From assembly GCA_037447605.1 (NCBI GenBank), contig CM074816.1, forward strand, positions 1,392,525 to 1,456,524: a stretch of 64,000 nucleotides of DNA. Reading direction: 5' to 3'. This stretch comes from Zygnema circumcarinatum SAG 698-1b (Eukaryota; Plantae; Zygnematophyceae). The translations under genes were made by a program, and so were the position numbers. Below are positions 35,835 to 48,499 of this stretch, piece after piece (position 1 is the first letter of the stretch; every line of letters begins with the position of its first letter). The notes under the pieces are model-generated. The model had not been told where the DNA came from. It saw nothing but the letters and a program-made list of their open reading frames with translations, and ran no database searches.

Positions 35835-37539
35835 TTATTTAATTTTGTCATCGTATTTTTATTTATTTTTAGGGGCGGCCGAATTCGAGTACCGAGGCCT
35901 TTCCCCAAAAGGAGGAAACAATTGAAATCGAAACAAATCCCGACTGCAAAGTTCGCTTGACGATAATTTTTCCTCGGTATCTGCCTTGGCCGTTTATTTA
36001 CCTCCGCCCGCCGCTTCGGGCAGAGGTCGAAAGTTTGCGAAATCCCGAAGATCCGCTCTACTTCAAACCCATCAGCTTCAGCCGAAAAAATTTCATGACA
36101 GGTAACGGGTGCCCTTTCCTTTTTTTTTTTTTTGGTCTATTTTTTTTTTTCCGCCCTGCCCAAGAGGCTGCAGATTCCAGGGGGGTCGAAAGGTAGGCAA
36201 ATGGACTTGTGTGTAAATGTACGGAGAACAGAATTCCGCTACACGGAAACGGAACGGGAACGGAAACTGGAATAGAACAAACTGAAACGGAAACTGATGG
36301 TGCACATGGAACGGGCAGTTTCAGGCTAAGTTTGGGTGCTTTACTGTGTGCAGCTGAGGAGGCTGAAAGCGTCTACCAACGCTCTGAATCCAAACTTTTG
36401 GGCGGAATTCTTCTCGGCTCCTTCATGGTGGTTTGCTTTGCTCTTCAAATCAGGTTCAACCCTAAACCCGAATTCCCTTCACCCCAAAATTTTAAACTCC
36501 AAACTCTCGAAAAGATCCAAAATATCATTCGGTCTTCCTCTTTTTTTAGGGTTTTTAAACTTTGGCAGCACTTGGATTCGTAAAGATCAAAGCATCTGAA
36601 GTTCTCACACCCCTGGAAACCTTCAAACCCTAATCTGCATCAACATTGTGCAGATATCTGAGGAAGAAGGAAGAAGAAGTCGGAAGCATGTCTCTCCTCA
36701 CTCCTCTCTCCTACTGCATCGGAGCCTCTCTCTCTGCCCTCTCCTTCATCCTCAATGATACTTTCCGCGACTTAGGGTCCAATGTATGGAACCAATACAG
36801 CCCATTTTCTGTTGCCATACCACATCCAGTTCAAGCGCTATTTATGGTCGCTGTATTTTTATCGGGATATCTCTCATATCTAATCATCTCAATGCGTAAG
36901 AAAAGGGGGCTTTCTTGGACCGGCCTGAAAAGGAACAGTGCGAGAGGAGAGATGGAGCTCTCGCTGCTTGAAGAAGAGGGGGAAGCCTCCGTCCTCCCTT
37001 CCTTCCGAAAGCAAACCCTAACGGAGGCACATGTGCCCTCTCCGTCACAGTTCTGGGGACCCCAACGGAGCCACATATTCTGCCTTCCCATTTACATAAT
37101 CGTTTTTTTAATTTCCCTTGGAACCCTCCTCCAATGGTATCCCCTCGACTTCATTAACTCACGCGTGGGGAGAGGGGACGTTTCGATTAGAGACGATTCC
37201 TGGACCCTCATGGAACCTGGAATTGACGGAAACAGTAACGGAGCCAGTTACGCTGTTCCGTTGTACCAAACGGGAGTTGTGATCGGAACGTTCGGCAGTT
37301 TCCTGCAGGACCTCTTCCTCCTCCCGCAGGTCGCCCACGTGGCGGCATCTGATTCGTCCTCGGCCCCGCCCCTCCACCGTGTGTTCGCGTTCGGCCTCTC
37401 TTTGGCGCGTTGCGAAGCGCACCTCCTTGAACCCTTCGGCGCGCCGCCGATGGCGGTGGCAGGGGTTGTGCTTTTGGCGGTGTACTACTTCATGTTGACG
37501 GACTACATGAGGATCAAGAGGCTGATGAAGGGGTGGTAG
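32210..37539 (+). CDS. DUF2921-family secretory-pathway multi-pass membrane protein, copy 1
   Basis: Exon 1 32210-32440 encodes a signal-peptide-like stretch (LVYAISFLALLAPSAAAQ). Later exons: 34479-34582, 35065-35429, 35585-35681 (EGHYDKEFGIFCGMGC), 35873-36101 (DCKVRLTIIFP...ESLRNPEDPLYFKPI), 36354-36453 (ESVYQRSESKLLGGILLGSFMVVCFALQI), 36654-37539 (FCLPIYI, FLQDLFLLPQV). These match recalled plant DUF2921 motifs (EGxYDxxxGxxCxxGC, STRxxxDPLYFxP, DGFLLPQ). Exon 2 is probably hidden in the gap at 32692; the middle exons are only partly resolved. Confidence 0.75.
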
Positions 37540-38029
37540 TGTGAACACGCAAGTGGGTTTGTTGTGCTTTTGGTCGTTCTATCAGGTCGGGGTGTTCGCA
37601 TGCAGTGAGGTTGTAAGGGTTTGAGGAAGGTTAGGGTTGTTGGAGTGTGAGATATATTTATATATATATATATATATATGTATATATTTTTATGCAGAGT
37701 TGGAGCCTTCACAAAGGAGGAAACAGATTGTCTTTGGAAGGATGTTGTATTTTGGAAGGTGGGTCATCTTTAACTTATCAAAAGGGAAACAAGGAAAACA
37801 GGGGGAAGGAGTAGAGTGTTTTTGTACAGCGGAAAGTTAAAAACTTGTTTTTGTGGAGAAAGGGGAACGGATTGGGATTAGTCTCGCAATGGCGATGCCA
37901 TCAAATGAATGGAGAACATTGGGTTTTTAGAAAGTCCAATTTTCCTTCTGTTTTGGATTCGCTGTAGAGCCACGAGCCAATCACAGCCTTCATTGTGCTT
38001 AGAGACTAAAGAGGGCCATCCCTCCGTGC

Positions 38030-41000
38030 GAATGTGGCGCTTATCGTTCAATGATGTTGGAGGGAGCAAATGAATCTCCCTTTAACCCTAAATCCCTAAA
38101 TCCCGAAATTACTAGGCCTGGACTCTCTTGTGTGTATCTGCGCAATCCTTGAACATTCTTTGTGGTCACAAACTTAAAGATCCCCTGATCATCTGAACAG
38201 CCCTGTTACATTCAAGCATGCTTGTTGAACGTTGAATCATGCAAGCTGAAAAATGTTGTCGATATTACCGTCGATTTAGCAGTATGGGGGATTGCGCATC
38301 TTCTTTCTGATCCAAGCTTTGGGCTCTTGGCGCATGCTTACCTTTGGCAGCGCCGGGCGCCATGTCTGAGTATGTGCAAGTCATGACAGTGGAGCGGGAT
38401 GAGGAGAAGGCTCCTACCTGTATTGGTGAGAAGATCTTAAATCTTAATCTTGAACTTTTAACGAGCATGCAGATGCAAATTGCTTCTGATTCTTTGAAGG
38501 CAATCATAGTAAAGAGCAGTCAGCAACATGGCAAACAAACTGTAGCATGCTGCAGATCTCCGCAAGTATCATACAATTCAACAGTGCAATCAAAAACCTT
38601 TTTATTTCTGTTTGCCCTTGAATATTTTAATTCTATTCGTGAAGTCGGAAACGGATTGCAAATATTGAAAGGAGTCCCGCCATTCCTGCTTCTCCGTCTA
38701 ATGCCTTTTCAAACTCTGGATATATTTAGGGTTGAAAATAAGCTCATTCACGCCACCATCGAAAGGGAAAAAGTAGGCGGTGAGTGTCTTTCCCATCCCT
38801 GGTTTCGGTCCTTCCCTTTTCTTGTGTATTACGGAACGAACGGAGGAACGGAGGAACGGGAAGCATGTGAACTTTGAGACGCCTTCTCCAGCCCCCAACC
38901 CCTCTATCTTATTAAACCCTAGTTCTTCGAATCCTCCTGATTTGTTACGCGACTCGTACGGACTAAATTTGATGAGAGAGTCGAGGCAACGTCTTCAACA
39001 GAAGAAAAAAATTAAGGATTTAAAGAACCACGTGGAGGAGAAAATTTGAGTCGCCTTGAAAATGGCGACCATTGTACCTCATTTGTACCCGATTTAACCG
39101 TCCCGAAAGAAAAAAAAACGGTGAGACTTTTTGAGTAATTTTCCAATCAATATGGTTCGTGAATTCTTGGATTTTTTAGATTGATTGCCATTCTATTCAT
39201 TTAGGAAAAAGAAAAAAATTATTAGTTTCTTCATCCAATATCCAAATTGTATCCAAATTTCAATGCAGGCGAGAGCAGGAAAAAAAGAAGGCCGAAAAGA
39301 ACGGTCAGCCCAAAAAGGAATTAATCGAATTAATCGACAGGCCAGGCCCCATCCGCCTCCTCTCAAGCCCTCGAATTTGAAACCTCAAATTCCAAATACC
39401 CAAATTTCTGCGCTTCCTATGAGGTATTTATAAAAAAAACTATTCGAAAAACACGGGGGGGAGAAGGGGGGGGGGAGAATAATATACAATATATAGAAAA
39501 TTGAACATCCTCTCCTCTCCCTTCATTATGATACATAATTGTAATTGATTCATCAGTATCCTCTCCCCCTTCCCATTTCTTTCCTTTCAATGAAAATTCT
39601 TAAAAGAACATGTGACGGATGCATATTCATTGTGCTTTTTTTTTTTTATACATCATTTGAAACTAAGCAGAGAGGTCGTCCGCAACAATGGCAGCCATTT
39701 CCTCCTTATTCCTCCTCTCCCTCTCGCCCTCCTTCCATTCCTCCGTTCCACTAGCCCTCTTCTGCCGTTTCTCCTCTCCCACGCACTCTTTTCCCTCTCG
39801 TCCCTTCCTCCCTTCCACTAGCCCACCTCTCCCGTCTCTTGTCGCTCCGTCTCTCCACTCCCACTCTCTTTCCACTTCCTCTCTCTCTCTTCTCTCCCTC
39901 TCCATCTATCCTCTCCCTCTCTCTCCTCTCTCCCCCCGTCAGGAATCACCGTCTCACCCTGCCTCTTGTGCGCAGACTGGCGGCGCAAACAACGACGGGA
40001 GGGATTCCGCCCCCGGAGAGGAGGGAGGTGCGTTAACCAGTGGAGAGAGGGAGAGGAAGGGGGAGAGGGAGAGGGAGGGGAGGGGAGAGGGAGAGGGAGG
40101 GGGAGAGGGAGAGGGAGGGGGAGGGGGAGGGGGAGGGGGAGAGGGAGAGGGAGGGNNNNNNNNNNCGGGCGCCATGTCTGAGTATGTGCAAGTCATGACA
40201 GTGGAGCGGGATGAGGAGAAGGCTCCTACCTGTATTGGTGAGAAGATCTTAAATCTTAATCTTGAACTTTTAACGAGCATGCAGATGCAAATTGCTTCTG
40301 ATTCTTTGAAGGCAATCATAGTAAAGAGCAGTCAGCAACATGGCAAACAAACTGTAGCATGCTGCAGATCTCCGCAAGTATCATACAATTCAACAGTGCA
40401 ATCAAAAACCTTTTTATTTCTGTTTGCCCTTGAATATTTTAATTCTATTCGTGAAGTCGGAAACGGATTGCAAATATTGAAAGGAGTCCCGCCATTCCTG
40501 CTTCTCCGTCTAATGCCTTTTCAAACTCTGGATATATTTAGGGTTGAAAATAAGCTCATTCACGCCACCATCGAAAGGGAAAAAGTAGGCGGTGAGTGTC
40601 TTTCCCATCCCTGGTTTCGGTCCTTCCCTTTTCTTGTGTATTACGGAACGAACGGAGGAACGGAGGAACGGGAAGCATGTGAACTTTGAGACGCCTTCTC
40701 CAGCCCCCAACCCCTCTATCTTATTAAACCCTAGTTCTTCGAATCCTCCTGATTTGTTACGCGACTCGTACGGACTAAATTTGATGAGAGAGTCGAGGCA
40801 ACGTCTTCAACAGAAGAAAAAAATTAAGGATTTAAAGAACCACGTGGAGGAGAAAATTTGAGTCGCCTTGAAAATGGCGACCATTGTACCTCATTTGTAC
40901 CCGATTTAACCGTCCCGAAAGAAAAAAAAACGGTGAGACTTTTTGAGTAATTTTCCAATCAATATGGTTCGTGAATTCTTGGATTTTTTAGATTGATTGC

Positions 41001-43990
41001 CATTCTATTCATTTAGGAAAAAGAAAAAAATTATTAGTTTCTTCATCCAATATCCAAATTGTATCCAAATTTCAATGCAGGCGAGAGCAGGAAAAAAAGA
41101 AGGCCGAAAAGAACGGTCAGCCCAAAAAGGAATTAATCGAATTAATCGACAGGCCAGGCCCCATCCGCCTCCTCTCAAGCCCTCGAATTTGAAACCTCAA
41201 ATTCCAAATACCCAAATTTCTGCGCTTCCTATGAGGTATTTATAAAAAAAACTATTCGAAAAACACGGGGGGGAGAAGGGGGGGGGGAGAATAATATACA
41301 ATATATAGAAAATTGAACATCCTCTCCTCTCCCTTCATTATGATACATAATTGTAATTGATTCATCAGTATCCTCTCCCCCTTCCCATTTCTTTCCTTTC
41401 AATGAAAATTCTTAAAAGAACATGTGACGGATGCATATTCATTGTGCTTTTTTTTTTTTATACATCATTTGAAACTAAGCAGAGAGGTCGTCCGCAACAA
41501 TGGCAGCCATTTCCTCCTTATTCCTCCTCTCCCTCTCGCCCTCCTTCCATTCCTCCGTTCCACTAGCCCTCTTCTGCCGTTTCTCCTCTCCCACGCACTC
41601 TTTTCCCTCTCGTCCCTTCCTCCCTTCCACTAGCCCACCTCTCCCGTCTCTTGTCGCTCCGTCTCTCCACTCCCACTCTCTTTCCACTTCCTCTCTCTCT
41701 CTTCTCTCCCTCTCCATCTATCCTCTCCCTCTCTCTCCTCTCTCCCCCCGTCAGGAATCACCGTCTCACCCTGCCTCTTGTGCGCAGACTGGCGGCGCAA
41801 ACAACGACGGGAGGGATTCCGCCCCCGGAGAGGAGGGAGGTGCGTTAACCAGTGGAGAGAGGGAGAGGAAGGGGGAGAGGGAGAGGGAGGGGAGGGGAGA
41901 GGGAGAGGGAGGGGGAGAGGGAGAGGGAGGGGGAGGGGGAGGGGGAGGGGGAGAGGGAGAGNNNNNNNNNNAGGGAGGGGGAGGGGGAGGGGGAGGGGGA
42001 GAGGGAGAGGGAGGGGGAGGGGGAGAGGGAGAGGAAGGGGGAGAGGGAGAGGGAGGGGGGGGGAAGAGGGGGGAGGTGGCAGGGGGCAGGGGGAAAATAG
42101 AGATATCTCCACTTTCCACTCCTCCAAAAAGTTACACATGTTAGTCAAGCCCAGTCGGATTGTTTTATTTTTTCGCGTGGCTTCTATGTCTTTTTCTATG
42201 CTCTTTTTTTGGTTTTGCGTTGTTTTTCTAAATTATGGTACTTCATTTACCTTCTTCTTGCACATGCTGGTCCCGTGAGAAGGGTTGTGCTTCAAACCCG
42301 GGGAACGGAAAACCGCGCAACAGAAAAATAACGGAACGGCCGCCATGGAAAGTGTCAGGGAGCCGGCCTCAGTCACCCTCTCCCGCCGGTAGGGCCCCTC
42401 ATAGCCCAAAACATGTAGAAATATATATTTTTTTTTCTGAAGTAATTTATCACATTTTTGAACCATTGGTGTTCATTCTCAGGTCTAGTTTTGGGCGAAG
42501 AAATTCAGAAATGTTTGGGCTTATTCACATCACTTCCATGATGGGAATATTTTTTTCGTTTTTCAAAAGCAGCCGTATGAACGTATGAAGCAGATTATTT
42601 TTCCTCTTTTCCTTTCGCTTTTAATATGTATAAATTTTAATTTACATGTCTTTCGCATGTCTCTTTTCTGACTTTAAAAGGAATAGGAAGATGGAAGGAG
42701 CCACCGACAAGACGTAGCACTTTTGAGGAGAATTGAAAATGAGACACAGAAAATGAACGATGTTGAAAGTACAAATTCGGTCGCAGAGGATGAACCTCCT
42801 CCAATTCAATATGAGGTACGAATTTACTTCAGAAGAAAGGAAGGGGGAGAGAGTGGGGAAGGAGAGGGGGAGGAGAGGGGGGAAGAGAGGGGGTGATGGG
42901 GGGAAGAGGGGGAGAAGAGGGCGAGGAGGGGGAGGAGAGGATGAGGAGAGGGCGAGGAGGGAGGCGAAGAGGGAGGAGGAGGAGGTGGGGGGGAGGAGGG
43001 GAAGGGAGAAAAAAAAGTGGTGTAAAAGACAATAATGTTATACTTATGTACCTTAATATTTCGAAAGTAAACTCAAATCAAGTCAGAAGTCGGAAGTCGA
43101 CAAGACGAACGCGGTGAAGGAGGGCTTCACTCCGCACGTGCGGTCGCTTTTACGGAACATGTTGGCGGCCGGATAACGCTCGACGGAACTGCGCGGAGCG
43201 TGTTGGGGAACTGAACGTGGAACTGAGCGCGCGCCCTTTTTTTGTTGTGAAGTTTGCGTTGTGGGTGGTTTGGTAACTGCGGGGCTTGGTCGCTGGAAAC
43301 GAAAACGATCGGCGGAACTCTATAGGATTGTCTAAGTGTTACATCTATTGGTGGCAGGTTTTAGGGTTTTGAGGGTGTTCGGGTTTATCCTCTCTTTCTC
43401 TCCCTCTGTGCTGCCTCTGTCTCTCTCCTATCTCTCTCTCTCTCACTCTCTCTCCCTCTCTCTCTCTCTCCCCCTCTTTCTCTCTTTCTCTTTAACGCAC
43501 ACACTACACTCAATTCAACGCAATGTGAGACCCCTTTGTATGTGAGGCCCCGTTCCCCCTTTAGGTCCTTCGCGACCAGTTCCTCGTGGTTTCCCACCTT
43601 GATGTTGACCATGCACGTTTGATGGCATCATCGCCGTCGTGAGATGAACGCTACAACACTTCTCGCGTTGGTACGGAGTTGCGAGTGCATGTTCTCCGCG
43701 TCCCCTCGTAATTCGCAGCCAAGCCAACGGTTGGTACAATGGTTGCGTGGGCTTTGGTCCGCTTGTCCAACGAAGAACGAGTACCCACCCGCACTCCGTC
43801 CGGACACATCCATTTCTTAAAACTTCGTGTGTTGTGGAGCGGCTCTGGTTTGGGATGGTCAATATTTGGTCATGTCTGCTCTGGTTTGGTTTGGTTAGTC
43901 AGATTGTGGCGCTGCGAATGACTAGTGGCTGTTGGCAGAGGACATGGATTGACATGCACAGTTGACGGCAACGGAACGGGGATTCCGTGT
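38030..43990 (+). pseudogene. Module B copy 2, 5'-truncated paralogue of ~23650-30420
   Basis: Colinear similarity to copy 1, but the segment equivalent to ~24400-26300 (first exons) is missing, as is ~130 bp within the RESRQRLQQ exon. The terminal exon uses a different in-phase acceptor (aagtcag|AAG TCG GAA, ~43088). Confidence 0.6.
38350..41961. repeat. Near-identical 1812-bp direct tandem duplication bounded by N-gaps
   Basis: Identical ORFs recur at a constant offset of 1812 bp (e.g. 38698 and 40510; 39185 and 40997). The junction is the gap at 40156-40165. Confidence 0.9.
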
Positions 43991-44587
43991 AGCCCGGCGC
44001 TGACACAGCGCCTAGCCGCACAAGAACTTGGCTCATGCTCCGATCACAACGCTCTGCAAGTTAGGATTAGCTTTTGTGTCAAACTTGACAGCCTAAAGAT
44101 TTAGAGTGATGCAGTTTGTCCTTCAGGAGGCGTGGTATGTGTGCTGTGTGTTGTGTGTTCGCTTGTTCTCTCGTTTCTTGAGACTATTCTATCTTGCTCT
44201 CAGCTTTTAGTTTTGTGTGTGTGAAGAAGCAACGATAGAGGTTCCACCCACAGCTTGTGTCTATTTGCAGGGCACTCAGTCATCCCCCTCTCCCCTCTCC
44301 CCTCTTCCCATATCCCGTCTCCCCTCCCCCTGCCTCCACTTTCCCCCACCGAGTTTTCAGCGATAAACCCAGTTGTGTGCAGTCCGCTGTTGGCAGGCCT
44401 GTAATAAGCATAGAACAGCGTGCCTTGTGATCTGTGACAGTGAATTCACATGCTTACGGCTGGTTCGACTACACGCGTTACAGCCCACTGGCCCCGCATA
44501 GAACATCGACCGCTGTAGGGGAGGGGAGGCGAGAGAGAGGGAGAGTGTGTGGGAGAGGGTGGGAGAGAGCGGGCGGACCGGAGCGCC

Positions 44588-45065
44588 ATGTGGCGGGCCC
44601 CCCTCTCCCTCTCCCGGCGGCCCCCGCGGGTGCGCGCGCGCGGGAGATGGCGCGTGTCCTCCGCGCGGTCCGCCGCGCTGCTGCTCGCGGCCGCGGGGCT
44701 GCTCAGCGCCGCCGCGCTGCTCGCCACGTGGCGCCTCGCCGCGCACGAGGCGCAGGGGGTGCGTGGGGTGGGGGGGACTCAGGGTGTAGGGTGTAGGGTG
44801 TAGGGTGTAGGGTGTAGGGTGTAGGGTGTAAGGTGTAGGGTGTAGGGTGTAGTGTGTAGGGTGTAGGGTGCAGGGTTCAAGGGTAGGGTTTAAGGTTCAG
44901 GGCTAGGGTAGGGGTTAGGTTTAGGTTTAGCTTAGGGGTTAGAGTTTAGAGTTAGGGTTTCGGGTTAGGGTTTAGGGTGTAGGGTTTAGGGTTAGGGTTA
45001 GGGTTCAGGGTTTAGGGTTAGGGTTAGGGTTTCGGGTTAGGGTTTAGGATTTAGGGTTAGGATTA

Positions 45066-45096
<31 letters not shown>

Positions 45097-45850
45097 TAGA
45101 GTTAGTTGAGGGTTAGAGTCTATGGTTAGGGGCTAGGTTTTGGGTTAGGGTTTGGGGGTTTAAGAGTGAAGCTTTGGAACCTGTCTTTTTTATGTTTCAC
45201 TTTTTGCCCTCCCTCACTCTCCTCCCCTTCCTTACCCCCCCTCCCTTTTATTTGCGTGTCCAGACTGGCCTGCTGCACAAGGAGAACAGCCAGGAAGTGC
45301 CACGTGGCGTGCAGCCATTGGTCGATTTTGACACGTGTCAGCTCCTCCTAAAGCCTCCCTTAGTTTGTGCCCACGGAGGAGACACGTCACAGGCGCCTCC
45401 CAACACGGTCCGCCGCGTTCCATGCTGCTCACGCCGTTCAGTTTTCCGTTAAACGGATCCCCTCCCCCCCTCCCCTCCCCCCTTCCCCTCCCCCCCCTTT
45501 CCCTTCACGACTTTTTGTCTTGTTCTTTTGTCTGGACGGGACAGGTGGCAGCGTATGATTTGGCCATTAAGGCGGCGGCGGATTGTGTGGAGGTCGACGC
45601 GTCGCGGACTGCGGACGGGGCTCTGGTCGCGCTTCATAATCGGTACATTCGCGACATCACTTTTGGGGCATTTGACATGCGCTACATCATCTCTCAATGT
45701 GATGTGGTGGGTGGGTGGTCATGTGATGCATGTGTGTCACATCATCACATCCATAACATCATGGCTTTCATCATGTCATCTCTCACGATGATGCATCCTC
45801 GGCATGGCGTGACAATGCGAATTTAGGGTTCCCTTAACTGTCTCTCCCTC

Positions 45851-45900
<50 letters not shown>

Positions 45901-48026
45901 CTGTCTTTCTCCCTGGCTCATTTGTATGTGGCTCTGCATTCTCGACAACTTTCACAGCCCAAAACGCTCATCATAGTCCTACAGACCTCCAAATTCTAAA
46001 GCTACAATTTACCCCTTAATGTATTCCCGAAACTCTTTTCGACCTTGTTTGAGCAAAACCCTTTAGAAGTTATGTTTCATTGTTAAGTACTGGCAGGGGG
46101 CAGGGACTTGCAGGCCTTTAGCAGGCAGCCGGGTGTGCGGGTGGGGGACTTCACCTTGAAGCAGGTCAAGATGGCTGACTCGCCGCGACCTTTACTTAGC
46201 CCTAAATTAACTGAGCCTTAACTTAACTTAGCCTTAACTTAACTTAGCCTTAACTTAACTTAGGCTTAATATAATGTAGCCTTAACTTATCCTCAACTTA
46301 GTCTTACAGTAATCTAACCTCCTCTGACTCCTGTAACTGTAAAATTTTCTTATCTGCAGATTCAGGAAATGGATGCCGGTGCGGAATTTCCCTCCGAATT
46401 TAAAAATCAGCGCGTGCCAACTCTGGAGGAAGCGCTGAAGGTGGCGAAAAATAGAATGAATCCAAAAAACCCACTTCATATTTGAATTCGATATTGAGAA
46501 AAGCTAAAAAAACTGCCAAGTTGCCTCATCTGATGCTTGAAAGTGAACACCCACGCTCGGTCAAGCTGAGTCAAGTCCGGCCAAGCTGGGTCATGCTGAG
46601 TCAAATTCGGTCAAGCTGAGTCAATCGCTCAAGCTGGGTCAAATTGAGTGAAACCGAGTCAAGTTGGGTCAAGCTTGGCCACGTCACACGTGTGTGTGCT
46701 GCTATTGCTGTGCAGATGCTGACTCAGCACGTCACGCAAGTCACAGTGGACGTGAAAGTGGGGCCACCTCAGCACGAGCGCCACCTCGCCGCTGACGTCA
46801 TCGAGGCGGTACGGAGAAAGAGGGGAAAAAAACCCTAAAATGGAAATGCATTTAGGAAAGTTCTGTCCGTTAAACATATGTTGGAGGTCCAATTCTGCAT
46901 GGATGCAGGTACGGAAAACTGAATGTCAGAACTGTCTCATATGGGCCAAGGAGGATACCATAGTCGCTGATGTGAAGACGCTAAGTCCGGGCAGCAGGGT
47001 AAGGTATCCAAAACCACTTGTAAAACTGCCCATAGAAATCGATGTGAGAACTCGCATAAATCCTCTCCCTCCCTCTCCCCCTGTCCCCTCTCTCCCCCTC
47101 TTCCTCGCTGTCTCCCCTCTCTCACACTCTCTCTCCCTCTCTCCCTTCCTCTCTCGGGTCTCTCTCCAAAACAAACCATAGGCTGAAAAAAAATTCACCC
47201 CTTGCCATCGACCGCTTCTTCCTCGCCCTGCAACGAGTCCCTTCAACCCTTCCAATGCTCCTTTTTCTTCAAATTCAATCTTCAACCTTCAATCTATATA
47301 TCTTATCTTAGATTTGAAACCAAGTTCGGGAGGGCAAGCAGGCAGGATATGTGGTAATGAATGATAGCGGCGGAGGGCGAGCGGGAGAGCTTCTCCGAAT
47401 GGCGGCCCCGGAAGTGGTAGCAGTTTTTTGGGGCCTCCTGTCACGTCCCCTCGTGGAGGAAGCACACAGGTGGGTGAGCCTTCATGTCTTTTGAGGTTTC
47501 TGGAAGTTGGGCTTTTGGGAATTTTAGGGTTTGGGGTTTAGGAGGGCTACTAGGGTTTGGGGTTTAGGAGGGCTACTAGGGTTTGGGGTTTAGGAGGGCT
47601 ACTAGGGTTTGGGTCTCAGGAGGGCTACTAGGGTTTGGGTCGCAGGAGGGCTACTAGGGTTTGGGGTTTAGGAGGGCTACTAGGGTTTGGGGTTTAGGAG
47701 GGCTACTAGGGTTTGGGGTTTAGGAGGGCTACTAGGGTTTGGGGCTCAGGAGGGCTACTACTAGTTAGGGTTTTGGGGATGGATACTTTGAAGTCCCTAG
47801 GGGTTCAAGACATGGTACCATGAGTCCCAACATGGCCGTGTGGAGGCGCATTGTCCGCAGGGCGGGGAAGGAGGTCCATGCGTGGACGGTGAACGAGCCG
47901 ACGGAACTGCAGCGGAGCATAGAACTGGGCGTGGACGCCATCGTGACCAACCATCCTCGCCGGCTCCGCGAGGCCCTCCGCCGGCATGCAGCGCGTTGCA
48001 GGGAGGCCGGGCACATCGCGCGCTAG
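44588..48026 (+). CDS. GDPD4: Glycerophosphodiester phosphodiesterase, GDPD4-like, 9 exons
   Basis: Exons 44588-44758, 45264-45407, 45545-45642, 46104-46164, 46360-46440, 46716-46808, 46909-46998, 47342-47469, 47861-48026; all phase-consistent. Motifs: PPLVCAHGGD, PNT, DCVEVDASRTADG, LHNRDL, RVPTLEEAL, DVKVGPP, CLIWAK, EVHAWTVN, LGVDAIVTNHP. N-terminal hydrophobic anchor. Confidence 0.92.
44778..45162. repeat. (GGGTGTA)n grading into degenerate (TTAGGG/TTTAGGG)n in GDPD intron 1
   Basis: Directly visible, starting ~20 bp after the first donor. Confidence 0.9.
47524..47775. repeat. 26-bp minisatellite (GGAGGGCTACTAGGGTTTGGGGTTTA)n, ~9 units, in the last GDPD intron
   Basis: Directly visible tandem units with minor variants. 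Confidence 0.92.
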
Positions 48027-48499
48027 AAGACAAAGGGGGGGGGGGAAACAGAATGAAACGTATGGGGAGAAAGGTGGAGAGAAAGAATAGAAAAGAAAAA
48101 GAAGATTCAAGATGATTATTTGTAGGAAGGAGGAGGAGGGGGTGGTGGGTGAGCTTGAGTGAAAGTACAATAATGTTATTTTTTTGGTTTCTTTCTCACT
48201 GTTGACGTTTCTTGTTCTGTTGGAAGAGAAAGAAATCGCCACGCCCAGTCCTTTGGAAAAACGGCCTAACCCTAAAAACCCCACACGACGGCAAAGAGCC
48301 AAAAGGCGCCCCAAGGTGGGAAAAGCCTTTGTTCGCCATACGGCCTCTGATGACTAAAAAATGACTTGACTAACCAAAACCAGATACAGCCCTGAACCTT
48401 AAAACCCTAACCACCCTCTTTCTATGTGGCCCTGTGCAAACCCTAAATGTTGGTCATACCGACCACAGTGAACGATACAGCGGGAACTTAGTTCTGAAT

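Noticed and set aside
44778-45162. Chromosome end or true telomere
   Set aside because: Degenerate, mixed units, and inside an intron of an intact gene.
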